A stretch of DNA of 63,006 nucleotides, counting the filler. It is 4 parts of 4 records of this genome, joined end to end, with 100 filler letters (N's around TTAATTAATTAA, not from the genome) between each part and the next. Parts side by side here need not be neighbours in the genome. Positions count along the whole stretch, not along the records: positions 20,316 to 47,482 come from SRR20825019_242; 3 more parts are not named here. One strand, 5' to 3'. Of the stretch, positions 21,371 to 31,689 are shown in pieces. The notes below the pieces were generated by a model that was not told the origin of the DNA, ran no database searches, and saw nothing but the letters and a program-made list of their open reading frames with translations. A program made the translations under genes and the position numbers. Position 1 is the stretch's first letter, and every line of letters starts with the position of its first letter.

Positions 21371-21461
21371 AAAGATGTCAACATCTCAATCAAGTTGCTA
21401 CAAATACATTTTTTAAACCTTTTAAATTATGTATTTTTACCCTTTAAACACAAAATAAATA

Positions 21462-22226
21462 ATGGGTAAAATCATAGCTATCGCCAACCAAAAAGGTGGT
21501 GTCGGTAAGACCACAACATCGGTTAATCTAGCGGCGTCACTTGGTGTTTTAGAGAAAAAAGTGCTTTTAATAGATGCAGACCCTCAAGCCAATGCCACTT
21601 CTGGTCTTGGTATAGATGTAGAGTCTGTTGAGATTGGTACTTATCAAATTCTTGAACATACGGCAAAGCCTGAAGAGGCTATCATAAAAACTGAATCTCC
21701 TAATTTGGATATTCTGCCTGCACATATAGACTTGGTAGCTATTGAAATTGAACTTGTAGACCAAGATGAGCGTGAATACATGCTTAGAAAGGTTATAAGA
21801 GATATTGCTGCATCCTATGATTATGTAATTATAGATTGTGCACCATCACTTGGCTTACTTACTTTAAATGCACTTACAGCTGCAGATTCTGTAATTATCC
21901 CTATACAATGTGAATATTTTGCATTAGAAGGTTTAGGAAAACTGCTTAACACTATAAAAAGTGTACAACGTATACATAATAAAGATTTAGATATTGAAGG
22001 CTTACTGCTTACCATGTATGACCAACGCTTGCGTTTATCTAACCAAGTAGTAGATGAGGTTAAGAAGCATTTTGAAGCAATGGTTTTTGATACCATTATA
22101 CAACGTAACGTTAGGTTAAGTGAAGCACCAAGTTATGGCGAAAGCATTATTAATTACGATGCTGCAAGTAAAGGAGCTTCAAACTATTTGAGTTTAGCTC
22201 ACGAATTAATTAAGAAAAACAGTTAA
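21462..22226 (+). CDS. parA: Chromosome partitioning ATPase ParA/Soj
   Basis: NQKGGVGKTTT, DADPQANAT, IDCAPSLG, QCEYFALEG and RNVRLSEAPSYG. Confidence 0.96.
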   Translation: MGKIIAIANQKGGVGKTTTSVNLAASLGVLEKKVLLIDADPQANATSGLGIDVESVEIGTYQILEHTAKPEEAIIKTESPNLDILPAHIDLVAIEIELVDQDEREYMLRKVIRDIAASYDYVIIDCAPSLGLLTLNALTAADSVIIPIQCEYFALEGLGKLLNTIKSVQRIHNKDLDIEGLLLTMYDQRLRLSNQVVDEVKKHFEAMVFDTIIQRNVRLSEAPSYGESIINYDAASKGASNYLSLAHELIKKNS

Positions 22227-22228
22227 TA

Positions 22229-23140
22229 ATGGCGAAGGCAACAAAAAAACAAGCCTTAGGAAGAGGTCTTTCTGCATTGCTAAAAGATCCTGAGAATGAT
22301 ATTAAAACTGCTGAAGATAAAAATGCAGATAAGGTTGTTGGCAATATTGTTGAGCTAGAGCTTGATGTTATTGAGGTTAACCCTTTTCAACCTCGTACTA
22401 GTTTTAATGAGGAAACCCTAAGAGAACTTGCTACATCTATTAGAGAATTAGGAGTTATACAACCTATTACTGTTAGAAAATTAGACTTTAACAAGTACCA
22501 ACTTGTTTCTGGAGAACGTCGATTTAGAGCTTCAAAATTAGTAGGTCTAGAAACAATTCCTGCCTACATACGCATTGCTAATGATCAAGAATCATTAGAG
22601 ATGGCTTTGGTAGAAAACATTCAAAGAAAAGATTTAGATCCTATTGAAATTGCGTTATCATACCAACGTTTAATGGATGAGATTAATCTTACCCAAGAAC
22701 AACTTAGTGATCGTGTAGGTAAAAAACGAAGTACGATTTCTAACTATTTACGCTTATTAAAGTTAGACCCTATCATACAAACTGGTATGAGAGATGGCTT
22801 TGTAAGTATGGGTCACGGTCGTGCATTAATTAACATAGATGATACCTCACAACAACTAGACATTTATGAAAAGGTTATTGAGGACTCTTTATCTGTAAGA
22901 GATACAGAAGCTTTAGTAAGAGATTTACAACAAGGAAAATCGTCAACAAAAAAGAAAGCTTCAGCTAATCCTCCACAAGAACTTTCAAAACCATTTCAAA
23001 AGGCACAGCAAAATTTCTCTGAGTATTTTGGTGCTAAGGTTAATGTAAAAGTTCAGAAAAAAGGCAATGGAAACATTGTTATTCCGTTCTCTTCAGAAGA
23101 AGATTTCAAACGCTTAAAAAAATTAATTTCGGGTGAATAA
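22229..23140 (+). CDS. parB: Chromosome partitioning protein ParB/Spo0J
   Basis: ALGRGL, NPFQPR, GERRFRA, ENIQR and an HTH (KKRSTISNYLRLL). Confidence 0.96.
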   Translation: MAKATKKQALGRGLSALLKDPENDIKTAEDKNADKVVGNIVELELDVIEVNPFQPRTSFNEETLRELATSIRELGVIQPITVRKLDFNKYQLVSGERRFRASKLVGLETIPAYIRIANDQESLEMALVENIQRKDLDPIEIALSYQRLMDEINLTQEQLSDRVGKKRSTISNYLRLLKLDPIIQTGMRDGFVSMGHGRALINIDDTSQQLDIYEKVIEDSLSVRDTEALVRDLQQGKSSTKKKASANPPQELSKPFQKAQQNFSEYFGAKVNVKVQKKGNGNIVIPFSSEEDFKRLKKLISGE

Positions 23141-23717
23141 ATCGCTTGTCATACTTTTCATCCTTTCCTTATTTGTAACAGCTGTTTCATTTGCACAAGA
23201 AGATACCCTATCTCTAGATGTAGATGATAACATAAAGCTTAAAACAAAAAAAGTTAAGGAAGTGCCAGATTATGATCCTTTAGCTCCAGCACGAGCAGCA
23301 TTTTACTCTGCTGTATTACCAGGTTTAGGACAAGCTTACAATAAGGATTATTGGAAAATTCCAGTAGCCTATGCGGGTCTTGCTATTCCTATTTATTTTT
23401 ATATTAATAATGACAAAGAGTACAATCGTTTTAGAGACGCCTACAAAAGGCGTTTGGCTGGCTTTGAAGATGATGAGTTTTTTGGGCAAGTAAATGACGA
23501 TGGTTTAATCGAAGCACAACGGTTTTACCAACGTAACAAAGAAATCTCATTACTTGTAACTGCTGCTATTTATGTTATAAACATTGTAGACGCTAATGTT
23601 TCTGCTCACTTAAGGCAATTTAACGTTAGTGATGATTTGTCGCTACAACCAGATTTTCAGTTTGATGAGTTCTCTGGTAAAACACATTATGTAATGTCTT
23701 TAAATTATAAATTTTAA
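23133..23717 (+). CDS. DUF5683 family protein
   Basis: Signal peptide, SAVLPGLGQAYN..YWKIP and NIVDANV.AHL; usual position between parB and dapB. Confidence 0.8.
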   Translation: MNKSLVILFILSLFVTAVSFAQEDTLSLDVDDNIKLKTKKVKEVPDYDPLAPARAAFYSAVLPGLGQAYNKDYWKIPVAYAGLAIPIYFYINNDKEYNRFRDAYKRRLAGFEDDEFFGQVNDDGLIEAQRFYQRNKEISLLVTAAIYVINIVDANVSAHLRQFNVSDDLSLQPDFQFDEFSGKTHYVMSLNYKF

Positions 23718-23718
23718 C

Positions 23719-24435
23719 ATGAAGATTGCATTACTTGGCTACGGAAGAATGGGTAAAACAATTGAGGAACTCGCTATAAAAAGAGGTCATGAAATTTGTT
23801 ACAAAACTTCTACAGCTATAGATGAAGAAGCTTTAAAAGAAGCAGATGTCGCTATAGATTTTAGCGTTCCTAATGCTGCTTTCACAAATATCACAATGTG
23901 TTTTAAACTAAACATACCTGTAGTTTCCGGCACAACTGGCTGGCTTGATAATTATGACAAAGCAATTGAGATATGTCATAATAGTAACGGCAGTTTTATC
24001 TATGCGTCAAACTTTAGTATTGGCGTAAATTTATTTTTTAAGCTAAATAAAACATTAGCACATTTAATGGCAAATCAGCAGGATTATGCTGTTGCACTCA
24101 AAGAAATACATCATACCAAAAAATTAGATGCGCCTAGCGGTACAGCTATTACGCTTGCAGAACACATTATAGATGCTACAGATAACACAAAATGGCATCT
24201 AAATAACCAAGACAGTAAAGACCTCACAAATAGTATAGGTATTACTGCAGAACGCACTCCAGATGTTCCTGGAACACATACAATTTCCTATTCTTCTAAA
24301 ATAGATACAATAGAGATTACCCATACAGCTCATACCAGAGAAGGTTTTGCTCTTGGTGCTATTATAGCTGCAGAATGGTTAAAAGACAAAACAGGAGTTT
24401 TTACAATGAATGATGTATTAGACTCTATTATTTAA
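23719..24435 (+). CDS. dapB: 4-hydroxy-tetrahydrodipicolinate reductase
   Basis: GYGRMG, GTTGW, ASNFSIG and EIHHTKKLDAPSGTA. Confidence 0.96.
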   Translation: MKIALLGYGRMGKTIEELAIKRGHEICYKTSTAIDEEALKEADVAIDFSVPNAAFTNITMCFKLNIPVVSGTTGWLDNYDKAIEICHNSNGSFIYASNFSIGVNLFFKLNKTLAHLMANQQDYAVALKEIHHTKKLDAPSGTAITLAEHIIDATDNTKWHLNNQDSKDLTNSIGITAERTPDVPGTHTISYSSKIDTIEITHTAHTREGFALGAIIAAEWLKDKTGVFTMNDVLDSII

Positions 24436-24487
24436 TGATTTTTGTAACGCTGGCTTAGTTTAGCTTACTAATAATGAAACTTAGATT

Positions 24488-26080
24488 ATGACATTATTAC
24501 AATGGTTTATATTTATCCTGATCATACAGGTAATACACGGTTTAGGAACTTGGAAACTTTACGTTAAAGCAGGAAGACAGGCTTGGGAAGCTTTTGTACC
24601 TGTATACAATGCTGTGGTATTAATGAAAATTATAAATAGACCTTGGTGGTGGACTATTTTACTTTTCATTCCTATTGTAAACCTAATAATGATACCCGTA
24701 GTTTGGGTGGAAACCATTCGTAGTTTTGGAAAAAATTCAACCTTAGATACGTTCTTAGTCATCCTAACTTTTGGACTTTATATTTACTATGTAAATTATG
24801 CTTTAGACGTTACATATATTACAGACAGAGACTTAAAGCCACGAACAAGTGCTGGAGAATGGATTAGTAGTATTTTATTTGCAGTAGTAGCTGCAACAAT
24901 TGTACACACGTATGTAATGCAACCATTTGTAATTCCTACCTCATCTTTAGAAAAAACATTACTTGTAGGAGATTATCTTTTTGTTAGCAAGTTTCATTAC
25001 GGTGCAAGACTACCAATGACAACAGTATCTTTCCCTATGGTACACGATACTATTCCTGTGGTGAGATCTAAATCATTTTTATATGATGACGACAGAAACG
25101 ATAAAGATTCTTGGAAAAACAAATTACAACTACCCTATTTAAGATTACCTGGATTTCAAGATGTAGAACGCAATGAAATTGTAGTCTTTAACTATCCTAT
25201 TGATACTGTTAAACAGTTTTTTGCAACAGATGGCAAACATTACCTAAAGCCTATAGATAAAAAATCTAACTATGTTAAACGTGCTGTTGGCTTGCCTGGA
25301 GACAGTCTTAAAATTGTTGATGGAAAAGTATATATTAATAATGAGCCATTACAATTACCAGACCGCGCAAAGCCACAATATAACTATATAGTACAAGGTA
25401 AAGGTCAAGGTTTTAATCCACAGGCTTTATATGAAGTGTACGATATCACAGATCCTATTTCTTGGTATAACCAGAACGAAAGACAGTATCGTATTACATT
25501 GACAGACAAAACTGCAGAACGTTTTAGAAACCATCCTAATGTAGCTTCAGTAACTAAAATTATTGATGAAAAAGGCGCCAAAGGTGGAAACTTATTCCCT
25601 AATAATGGCAGATTAGATTGGAATGAAGATCAATACGGTTCCATATACATTCCACAAAAAGGAAAAACAGTCGATTTAACTTACGACTCTGCACCATTTT
25701 ACAGACGCATTATAGAAGTTTATGAAGGTGCTGAAATGGGTATTGAAAACAAAATAACCTATAATGGTAATCAAGTTCTACTTAATGGAAAACCTGCAAC
25801 TACGTATACCTTTAAGCAAGATTACTATTGGATGATGGGTGATAACAGACAAAATAGTGAGGATAGTAGGTTTTATGGCTATGTGCCAGAAAATCATATA
25901 GTAGGTAAAGCTGTTTTTGTTTGGATGAGTTGGGATGCCAATAAAGGTGGCGTGCGTTGGGAACGCTTATTTACTACAGTTGGCGGCAGCGGCGAACCTA
26001 CTTCATATTTACCATATTTTGTAATAGCTTTATTAGTATGGTTTGGTTTTAATTACTTTAGAAAACGTAAAAAAGCATAA
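24488..26080 (+). CDS. lepB: Signal peptidase I (Bacteroidetes long form)
   Basis: IPTSSLEKTLLVGD (Ser), YVKR (Lys) and MGDNRQNSEDSR; extra N-terminal TM domain. Confidence 0.93.
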   Translation: MTLLQWFIFILIIQVIHGLGTWKLYVKAGRQAWEAFVPVYNAVVLMKIINRPWWWTILLFIPIVNLIMIPVVWVETIRSFGKNSTLDTFLVILTFGLYIYYVNYALDVTYITDRDLKPRTSAGEWISSILFAVVAATIVHTYVMQPFVIPTSSLEKTLLVGDYLFVSKFHYGARLPMTTVSFPMVHDTIPVVRSKSFLYDDDRNDKDSWKNKLQLPYLRLPGFQDVERNEIVVFNYPIDTVKQFFATDGKHYLKPIDKKSNYVKRAVGLPGDSLKIVDGKVYINNEPLQLPDRAKPQYNYIVQGKGQGFNPQALYEVYDITDPISWYNQNERQYRITLTDKTAERFRNHPNVASVTKIIDEKGAKGGNLFPNNGRLDWNEDQYGSIYIPQKGKTVDLTYDSAPFYRRIIEVYEGAEMGIENKITYNGNQVLLNGKPATTYTFKQDYYWMMGDNRQNSEDSRFYGYVPENHIVGKAVFVWMSWDANKGGVRWERLFTTVGGSGEPTSYLPYFVIALLVWFGFNYFRKRKKA

Positions 26081-26083
26081 CAC

Positions 26084-26704
26084 TTGGAAACTGTTCTTTT
26101 ACATCCTGCATATTTTGCTCCTACCTTGCATTACGCATATATGGCACAGGCAGAATCTGTAGTTTTTGAAAATGACGATAATTATCAGAAGCAAACCTAT
26201 AGAAACAGAACGTATGTATATGGTGCAAATGGTAAGCTCCTTTTAAATATTCCTATTTTACATACAGGAAATGGTAGCCATCAAAAATATAGAGATGTAA
26301 AAATTGAAAATAGCTTTAAATGGCAACAACACCATTGGAAAAGCTTACAGAGCGCCTACAGAAGTTCTGCTTTTTTTGAATTTTTTGAAGATGATTTGGC
26401 TCCTCTCTTCGAAAAGGAACAAACCTTTCTTCTAGATTTTAATTACCAATGTTTTGAAGTTATTTGTGAGTGCCTTCAATTTTCTCCAAATTTCACGAAG
26501 ACCAAAGAGTTTTTTAAAGAACCTACTCAAACCGACTTAAGATATACTATTGATGCTAAAAGAGCACTTAATGTAGAGCTAGATCCTTACTTTCAGGTTT
26601 TTGAAGACAAAAAAGGCTTTATTCCTAACCTTAGTATTTTAGACTTATTATTTAATGAAGGCTCTAATGCCTTAACCTATTTAGAGTCTTTAAAGCTTAA
26701 ATAG
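26084..26704 (+). CDS. WbqC family protein
   Basis: YQKQTYRNR, HWKSLQSAY and NLSILDLLFNEG. Confidence 0.88.
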   Translation: METVLLHPAYFAPTLHYAYMAQAESVVFENDDNYQKQTYRNRTYVYGANGKLLLNIPILHTGNGSHQKYRDVKIENSFKWQQHHWKSLQSAYRSSAFFEFFEDDLAPLFEKEQTFLLDFNYQCFEVICECLQFSPNFTKTKEFFKEPTQTDLRYTIDAKRALNVELDPYFQVFEDKKGFIPNLSILDLLFNEGSNALTYLESLKLK

Positions 26705-27727
26705 CTACAAACTAAAATCTGCTTTAATTGGAAAATGATCTGAGAATTTCTTGGTGTAGGTTGTAAACCCTTTTATTGGAATCGTTTTATCTGCAAGAAT
26801 AAAATCAATACGCAACGGGAAAAAATCTAGATCAAAGCTTTTTCCAAAACCATTACCTGCCAATTTAAAAGCATCTTTATATGTATTCCCTTTTATGGCT
26901 CTATACACATAAGAGAAAGCACTATTATTTAAATCTGAACAGATTATCACCTTATATGGAGATGTTTCTATATGAGCTTTTAATTGCTCCATTTGGTCTT
27001 GTTGCACCTTAAATGTGCCTCCTACTCTTCCTAATAAACGTTCGCTACCTTCTTCTTGAAGATCTTTAACATTTGGCTTTAGTCGTAAAGACTCTAAGTG
27101 GGCATTGTAGAATCTTAAAGTGTCTTTTTTATAGACAACATCTATAAAAATGGCATTGTTTCCTGCGCTTTCAAAATCTACAGAACCCGAATTTATAATA
27201 GGAAATTCGCTAAAAAAAGCTTGCCCAAACCTACTGTTGTTCGTTTTTGTTTTTATGTATTTATATTTAAAGGCACGATCTATCTTAGAACTTTCAGAAA
27301 AATATTCTTGAACTGCTAAAATATCAGGCTGCTCTTGAGCTATAAAATGAGCAATACTATCTGAAAGGTTTTCAGCATCTATCCAATTATATCTATTAAA
27401 AGATTTCACATTATAAGACATAACAGAAAAATGCTCTTCATCTCCTACTTTTTTAGATTCAGAAAACTTATAGAAGGAACTTAAGTTAGCAAAGCCAATT
27501 AACAAGATTAATAAAGACATAAATAATTGGCGTCTTACTTTAAATAACCAATACAGAAAAAACAAAAAGTTTACAATAAGTAACGGTCCTATTCCTAAAC
27601 TTAAAACAGACAATGTAGGAAACGTTTTTGGTGGAATATAGGGCAAAAAATAAGCAGTAAGCAATGCTAAAGCAAAGCAAATATTTAGGAAGAATATAAA
27701 TTTATCTAAGACGTTTAGGCCTTTCAT
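26705..27727 (-). CDS. Endonuclease/exonuclease/phosphatase family membrane protein
   Basis: N-terminal TMs, MSYNV, AVQE, HLES, DLNN, RIDFI and SDHFP. Confidence 0.88.
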   Translation of the reverse strand: MKGLNVLDKFIFFLNICFALALLTAYFLPYIPPKTFPTLSVLSLGIGPLLIVNFLFFLYWLFKVRRQLFMSLLILLIGFANLSSFYKFSESKKVGDEEHFSVMSYNVKSFNRYNWIDAENLSDSIAHFIAQEQPDILAVQEYFSESSKIDRAFKYKYIKTKTNNSRFGQAFFSEFPIINSGSVDFESAGNNAIFIDVVYKKDTLRFYNAHLESLRLKPNVKDLQEEGSERLLGRVGGTFKVQQDQMEQLKAHIETSPYKVIICSDLNNSAFSYVYRAIKGNTYKDAFKLAGNGFGKSFDLDFFPLRIDFILADKTIPIKGFTTYTKKFSDHFPIKADFSL

Positions 27728-28623
27728 ATATTGTCTTTTCCTGCGTTAAATAGAAAGTCCTTTTCTGCTTTTGTTAAACTGTCATATCCGCTTTTGCTAA
27801 TCTTATCTAAGATAGCGTCTACTTTCTTTTGTTGCTCATCTTTCTTAGGCTTTTTAGCAGTAGTCGCTTTAGGGCGTTTAGTTTTATGAACCGTTTTTAA
27901 AGGGCTTTTCTTTTCTCTAGGTGTTTTGCTAAATAATCCTGAAACCCAATCTGCTAGTTTTTCAAATCCGCTGCCAATATCATTTCCTTTAGCTAACTGC
28001 TTAGTGTAAATATAACCAAGCAATGCACCTCCTAAATGCGCCAAATGACCACCAGGATTATTTAATGGAATTTGTATCACATCAATCACTACTAAAAAGG
28101 CAGCTATCCACCAGAATTTAATACTACCTAAAAACATTAGTCTAATACGCATATGTGGGATATGTGTTGCAATACCAACAAGTACAGCCATTACTGCAGC
28201 ACTAGCTCCAATTAATGTAGAACGGCCTTGACCTTGAAAAGCTGGAAACACATTGTAACTTAACATAAATACCAATGCACCACATATGGCACCTAAAAAA
28301 TAATAGTTAAGTAAACGTTTAGGTGAAAAATAGTTTAAGAAGTACTGACTTGCGTAAAATAGAATAAGCATATTACCCAAAATATGCCATAACCCAGAAT
28401 GAAAAAATGCATAAGTAATAAGTGTCCAAGGCTTAAAAATAAACTCATCTACATCTTTTGGAAAGGCAAACCAGTCTAATAATGGCGTTTGTGGTGCTTG
28501 CATTAAAAACCCAACAGTACGTAATACAAACACAAAAATAAACACAACTACATTTATAGCTATGAGCTTTTCTGCAATATTAAGGCGACTGTATTTTAAT
28601 TTTAAATCTGTTATTGCACGCAT
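27724..28623 (-). CDS. Rhomboid intramembrane serine protease with soluble C-terminal tail
   Basis: HILGNM, IGASAAV, AHLGG and tail VDAILDKISKSGYDSLT. Start taken at MRAITD. Confidence 0.9.
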   Translation of the reverse strand: MRAITDLKLKYSRLNIAEKLIAINVVVFIFVFVLRTVGFLMQAPQTPLLDWFAFPKDVDEFIFKPWTLITYAFFHSGLWHILGNMLILFYASQYFLNYFSPKRLLNYYFLGAICGALVFMLSYNVFPAFQGQGRSTLIGASAAVMAVLVGIATHIPHMRIRLMFLGSIKFWWIAAFLVVIDVIQIPLNNPGGHLAHLGGALLGYIYTKQLAKGNDIGSGFEKLADWVSGLFSKTPREKKSPLKTVHKTKRPKATTAKKPKKDEQQKKVDAILDKISKSGYDSLTKAEKDFLFNAGKDNI

Positions 28624-29366
28624 TAATCCCAACGGTTTTGGTTAAACGAATTCTTTTTCCAATACCACATCATGATAAAGCCAAAAAGGGCACCACCAAC
28701 GTGGGCAAAGTGAGCAATACCACCACCAAATAATGAGTAACCTGTAAATCCAGAAAACAAATCTATTCCTATTAAAACGGGTATAAAATATTTAGCTTTT
28801 ATTGGTACCGGCACAAATAATAAGAATAATGATACATTAGGAAATAACATTGCAAATGCAACCAACACTCCATAAATAGCTCCAGAAGCTCCTACAGCTG
28901 GCGTATTAAAGGCTTCAAACATAGTTTGGAGTGTATCTTTTGATACATTATTTAAAATACTAGTATCATACTGTCCTGTATTAAGCATAGTCTGTATGGC
29001 TTCTGGTGTCATACCTGCTTCTAATAAAGAATTAAAGCCAGATTGATATGCAAAATAATTAACCAACGTGTGAATTATTGCTGCTCCTATACCTGCTGAA
29101 AAGTAAAAAAAGATAAATTTATTTTTCCCTAAATAATTTTCAATAGGACTACCAAATGCCCAAAGTGCATACATATTAAATAAAATATGCATAACACCAC
29201 CATGCATAAACATATGGCTTACAATCTGCCACAGCTGAAAGTTTTCGTTCTTAATAAAGTATAAAGAAAGTAATTGATAAGCTCTATCTCCTAAAAATAA
29301 AGTTCCTACAAAAAACAGGACATTTATTATAATAAGAACTTTAACGGTTTCGGTTATTCTTCCCAA
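28623..29366 (-). CDS. Rhomboid intramembrane serine protease
   Basis: HMFMHGG..HILFNM, VGASGAIYG and AHFAHVGG. Confidence 0.92.
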   Translation of the reverse strand: MGRITETVKVLIIINVLFFVGTLFLGDRAYQLLSLYFIKNENFQLWQIVSHMFMHGGVMHILFNMYALWAFGSPIENYLGKNKFIFFYFSAGIGAAIIHTLVNYFAYQSGFNSLLEAGMTPEAIQTMLNTGQYDTSILNNVSKDTLQTMFEAFNTPAVGASGAIYGVLVAFAMLFPNVSLFLLFVPVPIKAKYFIPVLIGIDLFSGFTGYSLFGGGIAHFAHVGGALFGFIMMWYWKKNSFNQNRWD

Positions 29367-29415
29367 GGTATTTTTATTTAAAAGTTTTGCCTATCGTCTT
29401 GTATGATAACACACT

Positions 29416-31269
29416 TTAGATAAACTTATTATCCAGATCGTTGCTGGTAAGTGTTACAAACACTTTTCTGTTTTGTGGTGTAACGCTAGGTTCTTTACAA
29501 GCAAACAATTGGTTTAACAAATGTTGTTGTGCTTCTACATTCAAAACCGTGCCTGCTTTTACAGCCATACTTTTTGCCATACTTTTTGCCAAAGTGTCAT
29601 TTTGCGAAAACTGATTTCCTGGCACTTCCTGCTCTAAATCACTAAGTAACCTTTGTAATAAATCCTGTATGTTACTTTCATTTATTATTGTGGGTATTCC
29701 TGAAACTACTAATGTATGTTCTTGGCTTCCCTCAAACACAAAACCTGTTTGTACTAAAGAATCTTTTAATTCATTTAATAAGCTTAGCTCGTTAGCATTA
29801 AACTGGAGCTCGATTGGAAATAATAACTGTTGGCTAACTGCAGAGCTCATTGTTATATTTTTTAGAAGCTCTTCATAAAGTACGCGAGTGTGCGCTCTAT
29901 GTTGATCTACAACCAACAAACCACTTTTTATTGTGCTTACTATATATTTTCTATGAATCTGAAAACTATTAGCTTGATGCTCTTCTATTTCGTTTTCAAA
30001 TAAATTGCCCGTTACCTCGTCACTTTCAAACTCTATAGCAGATGTCTGAAAATTATCTTCAATTGCCTCTGTATTTGCGCCTACATATAAGCTTTCCCAA
30101 GATTGTGTTGGCTTTTGCTGAAAATTACGAGATTGTTTTGAAGCTGTTGCAGGTTGTGAGTCCTGAAAAGGGTTAAAATTTCTATCTACATCTATTTTTG
30201 GGATGCTAACGTGTTTTTCTTTATAACTGTAAGGTGTATCTAAATCACTATCCCTATCAAAATCTAAAACTGGTGCTACACTAAATTGTCCTAAACTATG
30301 TTTTACCACACTTTTTAGCATAGCGTATAGTGTATGCTCATCTTCAAACTTAATTTCTGTTTTTGTGGGATGTATGTTTATATCTATAGTTTTAGGGTCT
30401 ACATCTAGATATAAAAAATAGCTTGGATGGCTTTTATCTCTTAATAATCCTTCAAAGGCACTTACAATGGAATGATGTAAATAAGAACTCTTTATATACC
30501 TGTTATTTACAAAGAAGAATTGCTCGCCACGTGTACGTTTTGCAAATTCTGGTTTTCCGACAAATCCAGAGATCTTAACGATATCTGTTTCTTCTTCAAC
30601 AGGTACTAAACGTTCATTAGTCTTAGTTCCTAAAATATTTACAATGCGTTGTCTATAATTACTACTTGGCAAACTAAATAGACTGCTGCCGTTATGATGA
30701 AGATCAAAAGCAACAGATGGATGTGCAAGTGCCACACGTTGAAATTCATCTATAATATGACGCATTTCTACAGCATCAGATTTTAAGAAATTTCGGCGTG
30801 CAGGTATATTATAAAATAAGTTTTTTACAGAGATACTTGTGCCCTTTGGTGTTACACAAACATCTTGAGTTGTTATTTCTGAACCTTCAATTTTTATATA
30901 AGTCCCTACTTCATCTTGAGTCTGTTTGGTTTTCATCTCTACGTGAGAGACCGCCGCGATTGATGCTAATGCTTCACCCCTAAAACCTTTTGTATTTATA
31001 GCGAAAAGGTCTTCAGCAGACTTTATTTTAGATGTTGCATGGCGTTCAAAAGATAATCGTGCATCTGTCACGCTCATTCCCTTACCATCATCTATAACTT
31101 GTATAAGTATTTTTCCTGCTTCCTTAACAATTAGCTGTATACTTTCCGATCCGGCATCTAATGCATTTTCAAGCAACTCCTTAACTACAGAAGCTGGTCG
31201 TTGTACTACTTCACCAGCTGCAATTTGGTTGGCAACGTGGTCTGGTAAGAGTTGAATGATGTCACTCAT
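29416..31269 (-). CDS. mutL: DNA mismatch repair protein MutL
   Basis: NQIAAGEVVQRPASVVKELLENALD, HATSKI, GFRGEAL, DINIHPTK and DQHRAH. Confidence 0.97.
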   Translation of the reverse strand: MSDIIQLLPDHVANQIAAGEVVQRPASVVKELLENALDAGSESIQLIVKEAGKILIQVIDDGKGMSVTDARLSFERHATSKIKSAEDLFAINTKGFRGEALASIAAVSHVEMKTKQTQDEVGTYIKIEGSEITTQDVCVTPKGTSISVKNLFYNIPARRNFLKSDAVEMRHIIDEFQRVALAHPSVAFDLHHNGSSLFSLPSSNYRQRIVNILGTKTNERLVPVEEETDIVKISGFVGKPEFAKRTRGEQFFFVNNRYIKSSYLHHSIVSAFEGLLRDKSHPSYFLYLDVDPKTIDINIHPTKTEIKFEDEHTLYAMLKSVVKHSLGQFSVAPVLDFDRDSDLDTPYSYKEKHVSIPKIDVDRNFNPFQDSQPATASKQSRNFQQKPTQSWESLYVGANTEAIEDNFQTSAIEFESDEVTGNLFENEIEEHQANSFQIHRKYIVSTIKSGLLVVDQHRAHTRVLYEELLKNITMSSAVSQQLLFPIELQFNANELSLLNELKDSLVQTGFVFEGSQEHTLVVSGIPTIINESNIQDLLQRLLSDLEQEVPGNQFSQNDTLAKSMAKSMAVKAGTVLNVEAQQHLLNQLFACKEPSVTPQNRKVFVTLTSNDLDNKFI

Positions 31270-31560
31270 TTAATAGGTGTCAGAGAATATGGTCAAATCA
31301 AAATCTATAATCCAAAGAAAGATAAAGATTAAGATGGCTGCAATTATGATTATGGTTTTATGAGAACTCTTGTCTTGCTCGGTTTTATACTCATTCCAAG
31401 CTGTTTTAAAGCGATTTACAAGGCCTCCAGAAGCCGAAAGCGTTGTGCGTTGCTCATCAAACTTTCCTTTTAACTTATAAGGATTGCCTTCACCATTGTC
31501 GTTCCAATAGCGTGGCTCATATCCAAATTTCTTATTTTTACGTGTTTTTAGTAGTCCCAT
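31270..31560 (-). CDS. Small hypothetical protein with C-terminal TM helix
   Basis: Basic N-terminus (RKNKKFGYEPRYW) and hydrophobic C-terminus; abuts the mutL start. Confidence 0.75.
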   Translation of the reverse strand: MGLLKTRKNKKFGYEPRYWNDNGEGNPYKLKGKFDEQRTTLSASGGLVNRFKTAWNEYKTEQDKSSHKTIIIIAAILIFIFLWIIDFDLTIFSDTY

Positions 31561-31633
31561 AACATTAGATTCAAAAGTAACGAAAATGCTTTAATTTGGC
31601 GTTACCAGTTGCTATAGAATTACTCAATAATGA

Positions 31634-31670
31634 TACCGAATTGTGATTAATCTAAAATCACAATTCGGTA
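31634..31670 (-). terminator. Stem-loop downstream of ilvE
   Basis: 15-bp perfect inverted repeat TACCGAATTGTGATT / AATCACAATTCGGTA with a 7-nt loop. Confidence 0.65.
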
Positions 31671-31689
31671 CTAAGTTTTTGGTAATATG

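Noticed and set aside
21462..23140. parAB as a plasmid or prophage partition system
   Set aside because: Soj/Spo0J-type sequences embedded in the chromosomal parA-parB-DUF5683-dapB-lepB run. No rep gene, and I did not spot a parS palindrome.
31270..31560. Riboflavin synthase label, which I recall being applied to similar small genes next to mutL
   Set aside because: No lumazine or riboflavin synthase motifs; it is a short basic protein with one TM helix.
31634..31670. Long inverted repeat as a MITE or REP element
   Set aside because: I saw only one copy, with no target duplication, and it sits just after the ilvE stop like a terminator.
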